Made by a program: the position numbers and the translations under genes | The notes under the pieces: generated by a model | Told to the model about the DNA's origin: nothing | What the model saw: the letters and a program-made list of their open reading frames with translations, nothing else | Databases searched by the model: none | Shown here: one piece after another, positions 1-10,217 of the stretch | Position numbering within the stretch: the stretch's first letter is position 1 | Layout of the letters: every line of letters begins with the position of its first letter | NCBI GenBank assembly: GCA_050309775.1 | Contig: JBNRMV010000012.1 | Span: 16,168 to 80,167, forward strand | Direction of reading: 5' to 3' | Source of the DNA: Christensenellales bacterium | GTDB taxonomy: Bacteria; Bacillota; Clostridia; Christensenellales; DTU072 | Length of the DNA: 64,000 bases

Positions 1-152
1 GATGCAGCTATTGCTACAATAATTAAGCTAATTAAGAATACTTTTTTTATTCTTCTGAATATTCCTTGTTTGTTTTTCTTAGTCATTTGTAATAGTATAT
101 TTTCTTTGCGCTCAACTATACCGCAACAAGCTATGCCGAAAACTAAAATCGC

Positions 153-181
153 TTGATATATCAGTTAATTTTTTATATAAT
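153..181 (+). promoter_or_regulatory. sigma-A-type promoter of miaB operon (probably leaderless transcript)
   Basis: TTGATA(153-158)-17 bp-TATAAT(176-181); ATG at 189 lies 7 nt downstream with no SD. Confidence 0.65.
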
Positions 182-188
182 ATAAATC

Positions 189-1508
189 ATGAACAAAAGG
201 TATTTTATATTAACATACGGTTGCCAAATGAATGTTCACGAGTCCGAAAAACTTGCCGGCATTCTAAAAAATAAAGGATATTTGCCGTCAGATTGTCAAA
301 ATGACGCCGATATTCTCATTTTTAACACTTGCTGCATACGAGACACCGCAGAAAAGAAGATTTTAGGCAACATCGGCGCAGTAAAGAAGCAAAAAAAAGA
401 CAACCCGAATATGATTGTCGCTGTCGTCGGCTGTATGAGCCAACAAAAGGGCATAAAAGAGTTGCTAAAAGAAAAATATTCCTATGTCGACATAGTGCTT
501 GGCTCATCAAACCTTAACGAGTTGTCCAACGCTATCGATAAGGTATTACTGAAAAGACAGTTTTTTGCTCAAATCGATGATTCAGAAAAGCCCGAAATAG
601 TCGAAGAAATGCCCGTTTACCGCACAAGCGGCACTAATGCTTGGGTAAATATCATGTACGGGTGCAACAATTATTGCACATATTGCATTGTACCTTATGT
701 AAGAGGCAGGGAGCGCAGCCGACAGCCGGAAGCCGTGCTCAACGAAATAAAGTCCCTGCTTGACGAGGGCTACAAAGAAATAACGCTTTTGGGACAAAAT
801 GTAGATTCATATTGTAATGACGCTGACAACGGTTGGAGTTTTGCCAGATTACTTGAAAGTATAGCAAAGATTGAGGGCAAATTCCGTTTGCGTTTTATGT
901 CCTCTCACCCAAAAGATTTTCACAAAGAAATAGTCGACATAATAAGAGACGCGCCGAATATTTGCAACAACATTCATTTGCCTGTGCAGTCGGGAAGCAA
1001 CAACATTTTGAAACTAATGAACCGCAAATATACTAGGGAACATTATTTGGAACTTGTTGATTATATAAAAACCTTGCCGAATGTGGGCATCACAACAGAC
1101 ATAATGGTTGGTTTTCCCGGAGAGACCGAGCAAGATTTTGAGGATTCCATGTCACTTCTGCGCCAAGTGCGGTTTTCAAATGCTTTTACATTTGTATTTT
1201 CACCGCGCAAGGGCACCGCAGCCGCCGACATGCCGCAAATTGCTGCGGAAATAAAGAAAGAGCGCATAACAAAATTGGTTGCGTTGCAGAACAGCATTTC
1301 TATGGAAATCAGCAAAGAATATCTCAACAAAACCTTTGAAGTGCTGGTCGAGGACAAAAACGACAAATACGAAAATATGCTTTGTGGCAGAACGGAGTCG
1401 GGCAGACTTGTCAACTTCCAAGGCAGCGCCGACCAAATCGGACAATTTGTTAATGTAGAAATAAATAAAACGAAAGCGGCTTCTTTATGGGGGAAAATAA
1501 ATGGCTGA
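189..1508 (+). CDS. miaB: tRNA-2-methylthio-N6-dimethylallyladenosine synthase
   Basis: UPF0004 N-terminus (TYGCQMN, NTCCIR), radical SAM CxxxCxxC (CNNYCTYC), C-terminal TRAM; in cluster with miaA. Confidence 0.95.
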   Translation: MNKRYFILTYGCQMNVHESEKLAGILKNKGYLPSDCQNDADILIFNTCCIRDTAEKKILGNIGAVKKQKKDNPNMIVAVVGCMSQQKGIKELLKEKYSYVDIVLGSSNLNELSNAIDKVLLKRQFFAQIDDSEKPEIVEEMPVYRTSGTNAWVNIMYGCNNYCTYCIVPYVRGRERSRQPEAVLNEIKSLLDEGYKEITLLGQNVDSYCNDADNGWSFARLLESIAKIEGKFRLRFMSSHPKDFHKEIVDIIRDAPNICNNIHLPVQSGSNNILKLMNRKYTREHYLELVDYIKTLPNVGITTDIMVGFPGETEQDFEDSMSLLRQVRFSNAFTFVFSPRKGTAAADMPQIAAEIKKERITKLVALQNSISMEISKEYLNKTFEVLVEDKNDKYENMLCGRTESGRLVNFQGSADQIGQFVNVEINKTKAASLWGKING

Positions 1509-4146
1509 GAACAAACTTTCGCCAATGATGGCGCATTACAGAGAACTGAAAGAAAAATATCCCGATGTCATAATGCTGTATAGGCTGGGCGATTTTTACG
1601 AGATGTTTTTTGAAGATGCCATAAAAGCGTCAAAAATTCTTGATTTGACGCTTACGGGCAGGGATTGCGGACTTCAGGAGCGTGCTCCTATGTGCGGAGT
1701 GCCTTATCATGCCGTAGACAATTATATAGCGCGCTTGATAGCTTCAGGCAACAAAGTTGCCATTTGCGAACAGCTTTCGGCGCCCGGCGACCAAAAAGGC
1801 ATGGTGAAAAGAGATGTCATTCGAGTAATTACTCCGGGTACGGTCATTGAAGAAGAGATGCTGGACAACAAAAGCAACAATTATTTAGCGGCGGCATTTG
1901 CGTCAAAGAATTCCTTTGCCGTAGCTTGGCTGGACATTTCTACCGGCGCATTCTTTGTAAAGGACTTTGAGGACGGAAAAGATGCGCTGGATGTTGAAGA
2001 TTTTTTATTAACGCTTACCCCGAAAGAAATTATCGGCAATTCCGATATGGCAGACTTTGGCGCAGACTTTGCTTCGGTCAAGACAGCAAAATTAGTAAAA
2101 GTATCGCCTTATTATGACTATGCCTTTGATTTTGACAACGCTAAACTGACTGTACTCAAACAAATGCAGGCCTATGACCTTTATGCGTTGGGTTTAGAAA
2201 ACAAAAAGACCGCAGTATCGGCAGCAGGCGGTCTGCTTGATTACATAACCAACACCCAAAAACGCAGTCTATCGCACATAAATTCTATAAAATACATAAA
2301 AAGCAGCGACGCAATGTATATTGACTTCAATACAAAGCGCAATTTGGAGCTATTTGAAACACTTGCCGAAAAGAAAAGATTTGGCAGTTTAATTTGGGTA
2401 ATTGATAAGACAAAAACTAGTATGGGCGCTCGTCAGCTGAAGTCTTGGCTGTCGGCTCCGTTGCAAAACATAGAGGAAATAACCGGAAGACAAGAGGCTG
2501 TACAAGAGCTGGTAAAGAACACATCTTTTCGGGAACTTGTCGGCAATGCGCTTTCAAATGTACGGGATATTGAGCGTCTTGTATCAAAAATCTCATACTT
2601 CAGCATCTTGCCCAGAGATTGCATAGCTTTGAAAGAGTCCATTAAACAGCTGCCGACCATAAAAAAATTATTAGAAAAATCAAAAGCGGCGTTACACCGT
2701 TCGATATATGAAAAAATTGAATTATTGGAAGACCTTGCCTCTACCATCGAAAAGGCAATAAACGACGACCCACCCATAACGCTGAAAGACGGTGGCGTCA
2801 TAAAAAGAGGGTACAGCATTGAATTGGATACATTGCGCTCCTTACAGCATTCCTCAAAACGATTGCTTGCGGAGTTTGAACTTAAGCAACGCGAAATCAC
2901 CGGGATTTCAACGCTGAAAGTTGGCTACAACAGAGTGTTTGGATATTATATTGAAATACCGAAATCCAAAACAAACGGCACGATACCATTTGAATATCGG
3001 CGCAAACAAACGGTTATGTCCGGCGAAAGATATACTTGCGAGGAACTGGACAAACTACAAGAGGATATCCTTGGGGCATCTGACAAGGCGCTGAAACTTG
3101 AATCTGACCTTTTTGCTGAGTTGCGCGACTATATGTCGTCTTATATCTTAAAACTTCAGAAAAACGCTTATTTATTGTCATATCTGGATTGCCTTTATTC
3201 GCTGGCAGAGTGCGCGGTTGAATACAATTATGTATGTCCTCAAATGTCCGAAAGCGGCGCCACAAAAATCGTTGACGGCAGACATCCCGTTGTCGAAAGA
3301 CTGCTGGGGGCAAATGAATTTGTTCCCAACGACACGCTTCTTGACCAAAAGGACAACACCATGATGGTCATTACCGGTCCTAACATGGCAGGAAAAAGCA
3401 CATATATTCGACAAGTTGCGTTGATAGTCCTACTTGCTCATATCGGGAGTTTTGTGCCTGCAAAATCAGCGCGTATAAGCATAACCGACAGAATATTTAC
3501 CCGAGTAGGCGCCAGCGACAATCTTGTGCAAGGGCAAAGTACTTTTATGGTCGAGATGCTTGAAGTTGCCAACATCATAAACAATGCCACAAGCAAAAGT
3601 TTGTTGATACTTGACGAAATTGGCAGGGGAACTTCTACGCTTGACGGACTTAGTATTGCATGGGCGATTGTCGAACATATTGCGTTGAAAATTAAGGCAA
3701 AAACACTGTTTGCAACACATTATCACGAATTAAGCGAAATAGAGAGTCTGTTGGAAGGCATAAGAAATTATCGTATTCTTGTTCACGAAAGCCAAAATTC
3801 TATATCTTTTATTTATAAGATATCCCGAGGCAGCGCCAACAAAAGCTATGGCATTGAAGTAGCTGCGCTTGCAGGCATAAAACAAGACATTACCAGAAGG
3901 GCAAGAGATATTATGAATGTACTTGCCGAAACTCACCAGTTAAGCGGCAATCTGCAAGAAAAAATCTCAAGCAATCCCACCCAAACATCAGTTGCCGGCG
4001 GACAAATGGGATTTTTTGAAGAAGACCCCTCATTTGTCGAGATACGCAACATTCTTTCGGATTTGGATGTAAACCGCACAAGCCCCATTGAGGCGCTGAC
4101 TATACTCAATGATTTGAAGAAAATAATCTCAAAGAGGCACAAATGA
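1501..4146 (+). CDS. mutS: DNA mismatch repair protein MutS
   Basis: GDFYEMFFEDA mismatch motif, Walker A GPNMAGKST, STFMVEM, DEIGRGTST, FATHYHEL. Confidence 0.98.
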   Translation: MAENKLSPMMAHYRELKEKYPDVIMLYRLGDFYEMFFEDAIKASKILDLTLTGRDCGLQERAPMCGVPYHAVDNYIARLIASGNKVAICEQLSAPGDQKGMVKRDVIRVITPGTVIEEEMLDNKSNNYLAAAFASKNSFAVAWLDISTGAFFVKDFEDGKDALDVEDFLLTLTPKEIIGNSDMADFGADFASVKTAKLVKVSPYYDYAFDFDNAKLTVLKQMQAYDLYALGLENKKTAVSAAGGLLDYITNTQKRSLSHINSIKYIKSSDAMYIDFNTKRNLELFETLAEKKRFGSLIWVIDKTKTSMGARQLKSWLSAPLQNIEEITGRQEAVQELVKNTSFRELVGNALSNVRDIERLVSKISYFSILPRDCIALKESIKQLPTIKKLLEKSKAALHRSIYEKIELLEDLASTIEKAINDDPPITLKDGGVIKRGYSIELDTLRSLQHSSKRLLAEFELKQREITGISTLKVGYNRVFGYYIEIPKSKTNGTIPFEYRRKQTVMSGERYTCEELDKLQEDILGASDKALKLESDLFAELRDYMSSYILKLQKNAYLLSYLDCLYSLAECAVEYNYVCPQMSESGATKIVDGRHPVVERLLGANEFVPNDTLLDQKDNTMMVITGPNMAGKSTYIRQVALIVLLAHIGSFVPAKSARISITDRIFTRVGASDNLVQGQSTFMVEMLEVANIINNATSKSLLILDEIGRGTSTLDGLSIAWAIVEHIALKIKAKTLFATHYHELSEIESLLEGIRNYRILVHESQNSISFIYKISRGSANKSYGIEVAALAGIKQDITRRARDIMNVLAETHQLSGNLQEKISSNPTQTSVAGGQMGFFEEDPSFVEIRNILSDLDVNRTSPIEALTILNDLKKIISKRHK

Positions 4147-6008
4147 CAAAAATAAACATACTTGACAGTTCCGTATATAACCGTATTTCGGCAGGCGAAG
4201 TTGTCGAAAATCCGGCATCCATTATAAAGGAGCTTGTCGAGAACAGCATAGACGCCGGAGCGCAAAATATTTCCGTATATATTGAGGATGGCGGTATAAA
4301 GTCCATTCAGGTCATTGATGACGGAGAAGGCATGACAAAGGACGACCTATTACGCTCAATACAACCGCACGCAACCAGCAAGATAAAAACTGCCGAAGAC
4401 TTGGAGTTGATTTCTACGCTAGGTTTCAGGGGAGAGGCGCTGGCAAGTATTGCGGCAGTAAGCGCTTTGGATATTAAATCAAAGTATATTGAGTCAGACT
4501 TGGCGCACGGCATCGAGATAAAAGGCGGCGACCTGATAAAACAAGGCGTTGTTGCTTTGAATAAAGGCACAAGTATTACGGTATCTAGCCTATTTTATAA
4601 TACTCCTGCCCGTTATAAGTTTCTTAAAAGCAAGCGCAGTGAAGAAAATTTTGTATCGCAACTCATGTCTGAGATAATATTGTCAAATCCGGACATAGCT
4701 ATTCGATATTATATTGATAAAAGACTGGTATTCAGTTCTTCAGGCATAGGGCTTTATGATGCCATAAAAAGCGTATATTCCGAAGAAATCGTACAAAATA
4801 TTGTCGAAGTAGAGTATAACGAGCCACCATATTCGGTACGAGGATTTATTGCAAAACCATCTTCACCGGCAATAAAACACAATCGCAGTTTTCAAACCAT
4901 GATAATAAACGGCAGAATAATAAAAGACTTCACGCTGTCATCAATTGTACAGAACGCATATAGCGAAAGCCTTATGCGCAAAACCTTTCCGCTATTTGTA
5001 TTGGATGTAGTATTGCCGTTCGATAAAGTAGATGTAAATGTACACCCGAACAAAAAAGAAGTGCGTTTTTCTACAGATTGCAAAATTAATTCAGTGGTTT
5101 ATAAAGCGGTTAAGGAGGCATTGCTTGAACAAATTACAAAACAAAGCAATGAATTTGATTTTTTAAGCAAGCCGCCACAACAACCTACGCCGATTATTCA
5201 TATTGAAGAAAAAGAGGCAAGCAATACTTCAGATTATCCGACTTCAACAAACCAAAGCAAATTAAGCAAGTCGGTCAATTTGCATAAAAAAGTTCCAAAA
5301 TACTCTCCCGTTGAATTTGAAAATTTATTTGACTCCATTATTGTTGAGCGCAAAAGTGATTTTGACTTGTCGGCAACTCCGATAAAACCTGTTAAAGCAG
5401 AGGGATTTCGCGACAATAAAGTGCCTTTTACCCTTAAACACAGCACCAATTATAAAATAATCGGACAAATTTTTGACACATATATTCTCATCGAATACAA
5501 TGATGCCGTCTACATAATTGACCAACACGCAGCGCATGAGCGTAAATTATATGACGCTTATATAAAAAACATAGGTTTACAAACAGATTCACAACAGTTG
5601 CTTGTGCCGTTTGTTTTTGAGGGTGACAGCGAGAGCTTGTTGAAAAATTCGGCTTTATTTGAAGAAATGGGCTTTGAAATTGAAGATTTTGGCGGCAACA
5701 TGATAAGAATATTGTCTGTTCCGTTGGCCTTTTCGGATATCGACATTGACGGCTTTTTTACTGCTGCGTCAGAAATGCTGTCCATGGCTACTGAACTTGA
5801 AAATATGGAAATAATAAAAGATAAACTGGCAAAAACCGCATGCAAAAGCGCCATAAAAGGCGGTGTTTCTCTGTCAAATGAGGATATTCGGCACATTCTT
5901 GATATGTTTTTTGAAAGCGGAATACCAATGCAATGTCCGCATGGCAGGCCTACAATAATAAAAATGACAAGACAAGAAATAGAAAAAATGTTCAGGAGAA
6001 TAGTATAA
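4143..6008 (+). CDS. mutL: DNA mismatch repair endonuclease MutL
   Basis: GEVVENPASIIKELVENSIDAG, GFRGEAL, DQHAAHER and CPHGRP endonuclease motifs. Confidence 0.98.
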   Translation: MTKINILDSSVYNRISAGEVVENPASIIKELVENSIDAGAQNISVYIEDGGIKSIQVIDDGEGMTKDDLLRSIQPHATSKIKTAEDLELISTLGFRGEALASIAAVSALDIKSKYIESDLAHGIEIKGGDLIKQGVVALNKGTSITVSSLFYNTPARYKFLKSKRSEENFVSQLMSEIILSNPDIAIRYYIDKRLVFSSSGIGLYDAIKSVYSEEIVQNIVEVEYNEPPYSVRGFIAKPSSPAIKHNRSFQTMIINGRIIKDFTLSSIVQNAYSESLMRKTFPLFVLDVVLPFDKVDVNVHPNKKEVRFSTDCKINSVVYKAVKEALLEQITKQSNEFDFLSKPPQQPTPIIHIEEKEASNTSDYPTSTNQSKLSKSVNLHKKVPKYSPVEFENLFDSIIVERKSDFDLSATPIKPVKAEGFRDNKVPFTLKHSTNYKIIGQIFDTYILIEYNDAVYIIDQHAAHERKLYDAYIKNIGLQTDSQQLLVPFVFEGDSESLLKNSALFEEMGFEIEDFGGNMIRILSVPLAFSDIDIDGFFTAASEMLSMATELENMEIIKDKLAKTACKSAIKGGVSLSNEDIRHILDMFFESGIPMQCPHGRPTIIKMTRQEIEKMFRRIV

Positions 6009-6009
6009 A

Positions 6010-6957
6010 ATGCTGATTATTGGCGGCGCAACTGCTACCGGAAAATCCCATGCAGCAATAATGCTTGCAAAACTTAGCGGCGGAGAAATAGTTTCTGCGG
6101 ACTCAATGCAGATATATAAGCATATGAACATAGGTACGGCAAAGATTACTGTCGCCGAAACGCAAGGCGTACCGCATCATATGATTGATATTGTAGAACC
6201 TACCCAGGAGTACAGCGTCGCAGAGTACCAAAAAGCGGCGCTTGAAATCATAAAAGACATTGAAAGCAGAGGCAAAATACCAATAGTAGTCGGAGGAACG
6301 GGGCTTTATATAAATGCCTTGATATATCCGCTGCGATTTGGTGGAGTAAAGAAGGATGAAGGCTTGCGGAATGAATTAAAAGAGCAGGGCGAACGGTTTG
6401 GATACGATTTTTTGTATGACAAATTATGCTCAATTGATGCAGAAAGCGCAAAGAAAATTCACAAAAACAATGTAAAGCGTGTTATTCGCGCATTGGAAAT
6501 TAAATTACAAAGTGGTGAGTCGCTTGCCGAGAATGCCGACAAGGATAAAAAGAGTTATTATAAAATGTACGCTTTTGACTTTGGCAGAGCTGATTTGTAT
6601 GAAAAAATCAATAAAAGGGTCGACATAATGATGAAGCAAGGACTTGTTGAGGAAGTACAAAACCTAATCCTTGATTATGGTCTGACTTTTGAGCATCAAA
6701 GTATGCAGGCAATAGGCTACAAGGAGTTCAAAGATTATTTTGACGGTAATATCACTCACGCCGTGCTGGAAGAAATAATAAAGCGCAACACAAGGAAATA
6801 TGCCAAAAGGCAGTTTACTTGGTTCAGGGCATATTCTGATTGCGTTTGGATGAAAGAGCCGTTAAATGAACAAACTGCCCGCCAAATATTAGATGATTAT
6901 TACAAATATAAGCCTAAATTGGAACAATTGGAGCAACAAATAAATGCACAACATTGA
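6010..6957 (+). CDS. miaA: tRNA dimethylallyltransferase
   Basis: GATATGKS P-loop, SADSMQIY, VGGTGLY, YAKRQFTW. Confidence 0.96.
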   Translation: MLIIGGATATGKSHAAIMLAKLSGGEIVSADSMQIYKHMNIGTAKITVAETQGVPHHMIDIVEPTQEYSVAEYQKAALEIIKDIESRGKIPIVVGGTGLYINALIYPLRFGGVKKDEGLRNELKEQGERFGYDFLYDKLCSIDAESAKKIHKNNVKRVIRALEIKLQSGESLAENADKDKKSYYKMYAFDFGRADLYEKINKRVDIMMKQGLVEEVQNLILDYGLTFEHQSMQAIGYKEFKDYFDGNITHAVLEEIIKRNTRKYAKRQFTWFRAYSDCVWMKEPLNEQTARQILDDYYKYKPKLEQLEQQINAQH

Positions 6958-8161
6958 GATAATAAAACAATCTGAGGCTGCATGCGCAAGCATCTTCCAA
7001 CAGATTGAAGAAACTGCGCTATACAATCAGCAGAAAGTACTGCAGGCATTTTCAAAAAATCGTATTTCGGCAAGTCACTTTATGCCTTCAACAGGATATG
7101 GCTATGACGACAGAGCCAGAGATACCTTAAACACACTTTTTGCCGATATTTTTGGCGCTGAAGATGCCATAGTATCACCGCTTATTGCCAATGGAACTCA
7201 CGCAATTAGCCTTACTTTATTTGGCATTCTTCGCCCTGACGATACTATGCTTTCAGTCAGCGGTAAGCTTTATGACACGCTTGATGAGGTAATAAACGGC
7301 AAAAGCATTGGCTCTTTGCGAGATTTTGGCATAAATTTTGATAAAATTGATTATAAATTCGGAGATTACGACGAGTCGGCAATTGAGAATTATTTACAAC
7401 ATAATCAGCCCAAAGTGGTATTCATGCAGCGTTCCAAAGGATATGAATGGCAAAATTCCATTACTCTGACCAAAATGCAGCGCATATTATCCATTATAAA
7501 ATCCTTATCGCCGAATTCTATTGTCATAGTTGACAACTGTTATGGAGAATTTTGCGAAAAAATAGAGCCTACACAAATCGGTGCTGATATTGCAGTCGGT
7601 TCTTTGATAAAGAATCCGGGCGGCGGAATAGCCCCAACCGGCGGATATATCGTCGGAAAGTCGCAATACATTGACTTGGTGGCGCGCAGGCTTACGGCTC
7701 CGTCACTCGGAAAAGAGGTAGGTTCATATAACACAAGCTATCAACCTTTTTACCAAGGACTTTTTCTTGCGCCATCAACGGTAAAAAACGCTTTGAAAGG
7801 TTGTGCATTGGCATCTCATGTGTTTAGAAAGCTTAATTTCGAAACACTGCCGGCAACAAATGAAGTGCCGCAGGACATTATTTGCGCAATAAAATTCAAT
7901 AACAAAGAGCAATTGATAAAGTTTTGTCAAGCGGTGCAGCGCATTGCGCCAATTGACAGCTTTGCAACGCCTGAGCCATGGGCTATGCCGGGATATACGC
8001 ATGATGTAATCATGTCTGCAGGTACATTTGTTCAAGGCGGCTCATTGGAGCTTACCGCAGACGCGCCAATAAAAGAGCCTTATATTGGATATTTACAAGG
8101 CGGCTTGACCTATGAGCACATAGTACTGGCTATTTCTGAAATTATTTCGGTACTAGTATAA
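6944..8161 (+). CDS. methionine gamma-lyase family PLP protein (YnbB / aluminium-resistance family)
   Basis: GYGYDD, VDNCYGEF, GSLIKNPGGG PLP-lysine motif, YLQGGLT; usual position after miaA. Confidence 0.88.
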   Translation: MHNIEIIKQSEAACASIFQQIEETALYNQQKVLQAFSKNRISASHFMPSTGYGYDDRARDTLNTLFADIFGAEDAIVSPLIANGTHAISLTLFGILRPDDTMLSVSGKLYDTLDEVINGKSIGSLRDFGINFDKIDYKFGDYDESAIENYLQHNQPKVVFMQRSKGYEWQNSITLTKMQRILSIIKSLSPNSIVIVDNCYGEFCEKIEPTQIGADIAVGSLIKNPGGGIAPTGGYIVGKSQYIDLVARRLTAPSLGKEVGSYNTSYQPFYQGLFLAPSTVKNALKGCALASHVFRKLNFETLPATNEVPQDIICAIKFNNKEQLIKFCQAVQRIAPIDSFATPEPWAMPGYTHDVIMSAGTFVQGGSLELTADAPIKEPYIGYLQGGLTYEHIVLAISEIISVLV

Positions 8162-8229
8162 TTTTCGATTATGCGTTATAATGTAATTAAGCTAGATTGC
8201 TTGAAATACAATATCAAGATGAGGATGCA

Positions 8230-8697
8230 ATGAAGAAATTTTTAGACAATCAGCAACTCGCCGAAAAAATAGCAGAAACCGCCAAGAATGCCTCAAAAAA
8301 GACATTAGTTTTATGGGCAACGGACTGCGCAGAGCGTGTTTTGCCCAATTTTGAAAGATTCTATGGCAGCAACAATCCCAAAATGGCTATATTGGCAGGC
8401 AGAAAATGGCTTAGCCGCGAAATTCCGGAAGCAGAGGCGCGCAAAGCTGCATTTGCCGCATATTGCACTGTAAAAATATCAAAACACCCCGAAGCATGCA
8501 ATGCGGCTCGTTCAGCATCGCAAGCGGCATCCAGCGCCCACTCTTCTTCACATGCGCTGCAAGCCGCCACTTATGCAACAAAATCGGTGTTTTACGCATC
8601 TACTGATGAAGAAGATGCAGCAGAAAATGTCAAAGCAGAACGCCTTTGGCAATATGAATTGCTTACCGAACTTATAAAACGTCAAGAAAACAAATAA
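8230..8697 (+). CDS. Imm5-like putative immunity protein
   Basis: LWATDCAERVLP, AARSASQAASSAH, AERLWQ resemble the Imm5-like family; SD GAGG at 8221 favours ATG 8230 over TTG 8197. Confidence 0.65.
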   Translation: MKKFLDNQQLAEKIAETAKNASKKTLVLWATDCAERVLPNFERFYGSNNPKMAILAGRKWLSREIPEAEARKAAFAAYCTVKISKHPEACNAARSASQAASSAHSSSHALQAATYATKSVFYASTDEEDAAENVKAERLWQYELLTELIKRQENK

Positions 8698-8766
8698 ATA
8701 CAAAGGTTATTGCTAGAAGTTGATAGGGTTATTTATCTAAGATTGCAGTAAGTAGCAGATATACAT

Positions 8767-8838
8767 TGCGATAATAATGGAACAAATATGTTTTATTTAT
8801 CGCATTTAACTTTAATGCGATATCGGTGGAACAAATAT
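8767..8838. repeat. 49-bp-period direct repeat TGCGATA-N4-TGGAACAAATAT (2 copies)
   Basis: copies start at 8767 and 8816; the first lies in a TGCGATAA...TTATCGCA inverted repeat (8767-8804). Confidence 0.6.
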
Positions 8839-9062
8839 TATTGTTCTATATATATGGATATCTAAATTACTCGCTCAATTAGAGCATATGAAGCACTTCA
8901 TAACCTCGACAACGCATGCCTATTGTTGCATTATCTTATTCAAACTAAGATATTACAGCGAAGTATAATAAAAGAATCCTTTATGTGAAATAGTTGTTTG
9001 CTTGCCATAAATATCAGCAATACTAAAAAGTATGCGTTTGCGGATATACTGCGCTAGGCGTA

Positions 9063-9410
9063 AAAATATGTTGTTAGAGGGGGTTGTAAGTTCAGCATTT
9101 CAACAAAATCGATAGTATTATCATTTGACTAGAGAATCGACATCGAAACCTATATAGTATATAATAAAAAGCTTGCATTTTGGATGGATAGCTATGTTTA
9201 GTGCTAAAACAAACATGTTGTTTTAGTGGGATTGTAAGCGGAGCAGATAAAAAAAACTCAATCATAGTTCGATAGCGCATCATTTGACTAGTGAATGCGA
9301 TATAGGAATCTAGCCAGAGGGAATAAGCCAACTAAACATGAGATTTTAATCATTATTTCAACTAAAGTTCGATAGCAGCATCATTAGACAATATTTAGAC
9401 CTAACCAGAG
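9063..9410. repeat. degenerate direct repeats (~150-160 bp period plus a partial third copy)
   Basis: ATGTTGTT..AG.GGG.TTGTAAG near 9068 and 9215; TCGATAG..ATCATTTGACTAG.GAAT at 9109 and 9269; AGTTCGATAGC..CATCATT again at 9366. Confidence 0.6.
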
Positions 9411-9635
9411 ATTAAACTAGAGAAGTGAGATATTAAAAACCAGATGGGAACAAGCAAAATAATTGTTGAAAAAATATAAGCTTTCGCTGCGCTAAGAAAA
9501 TACAGTAAAGGACTAGAACACATTACTTGATTCTAAGATTGTTAGTAACCATTGACAAATGCGGAAATCTTGATACAAACTATGCATCAATTCAATGTAT
9601 TACAGTTTTCCCACTAAATTATAATAATAATGCAC

Positions 9636-9671
9636 TATCTTTTCGCAAAAGCTGTGTTTTGCGAAAAGATA
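9636..9671. other. putative chromosome dimer resolution (dif-like) site
   Basis: perfect inverted repeat TATCTTTTCGCAAAA-GCTGTG-TTTTGCGAAAAGATA with a 6-bp asymmetric spacer, ~550 bp upstream of a Xer recombinase, at the apparent skew flip. Confidence 0.65.
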
Positions 9672-9791
9672 TATATCTGTCAAACTGTCTGATTTTTTTG
9701 AAATGACACACTCTCCTACTGATTTTTTGATACTTCCCTGCGCAATAAGCTCAATATATAGCTGCATTTTTATGCTCTCCTTGTACCTATA

Positions 9792-10102
9792 TATTGACAA
9801 CAACTTTTACCATTTGCGAAATATACAATATATATATATACATATTTATAGCCTCTTGATGGCCAACAGTTTAGTTATATCATATAATAAATAATCTTAC
9901 TCCGCACTCTCCGCTATTGTTTTAGCCAGAATTAAATTGATTATTACTAATATTGACAACAACTTTTACCATTTGCAAAATATACAATATATGTAAAAAC
10001 ATACTTATATCCTCTTGATGGCCACCAGTTTATTTATAATAAATTATCTTACTCCTCACTCTCCGCTATTGCTTTAGCCAGAATTGAATGGATTATTACT
10101 AA
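9792..10102. repeat. tandem duplication, units of 159 and 152 bp
   Basis: both units begin TATTGACAACAACTTTTACCATTTGC (9792, 9951), share CCTCTTGATGGCCA and CACTCTCCGCTATTG.TTTAGCCAGAATT, and end GATTATTACTAA. Confidence 0.92.
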
Positions 10103-10182
10103 TTTTGTTAGCTGTTTTCGACAATATCCGTCAATATGTGCCAAATTGTCCTATTGACTTTTGGCTTGAGTTGTTTAACCTA

Positions 10183-10211
10183 TGGACATAACATATATTT
10201 TTTGTTATCAT
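10183..10211 (+). promoter_or_regulatory. promoter of xer gene (extended -10, probably leaderless)
   Basis: TGGACA-17 bp-TATCAT with TG extension; ATG at 10218 with no SD. Confidence 0.5.
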
Positions 10212-10217
10212 AATTAT

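Noticed and set aside
10117-10123. Spo0A box (TTCGACA) upstream of xer
   Set aside because: A single 7-mer is expected several times by chance in 64 kb and has no supporting context here.
8700-10180. CRISPR array or small CDSs (9092-9331, 9600-9803, 9703-9894)
   Set aside because: Repeats are long tandem units without unique spacers, there are no cas genes, and the ORFs are AT-rich without SD or recognisable motifs.
10181-10208. Bacillus-like dif (TATGGACATAA-CATATA-TTTTTTGTTAT) directly upstream of xer
   Set aside because: Only one arm partly matches. It is better explained as the -35/-10 promoter, and the 9636-9671 palindrome is a stronger candidate.
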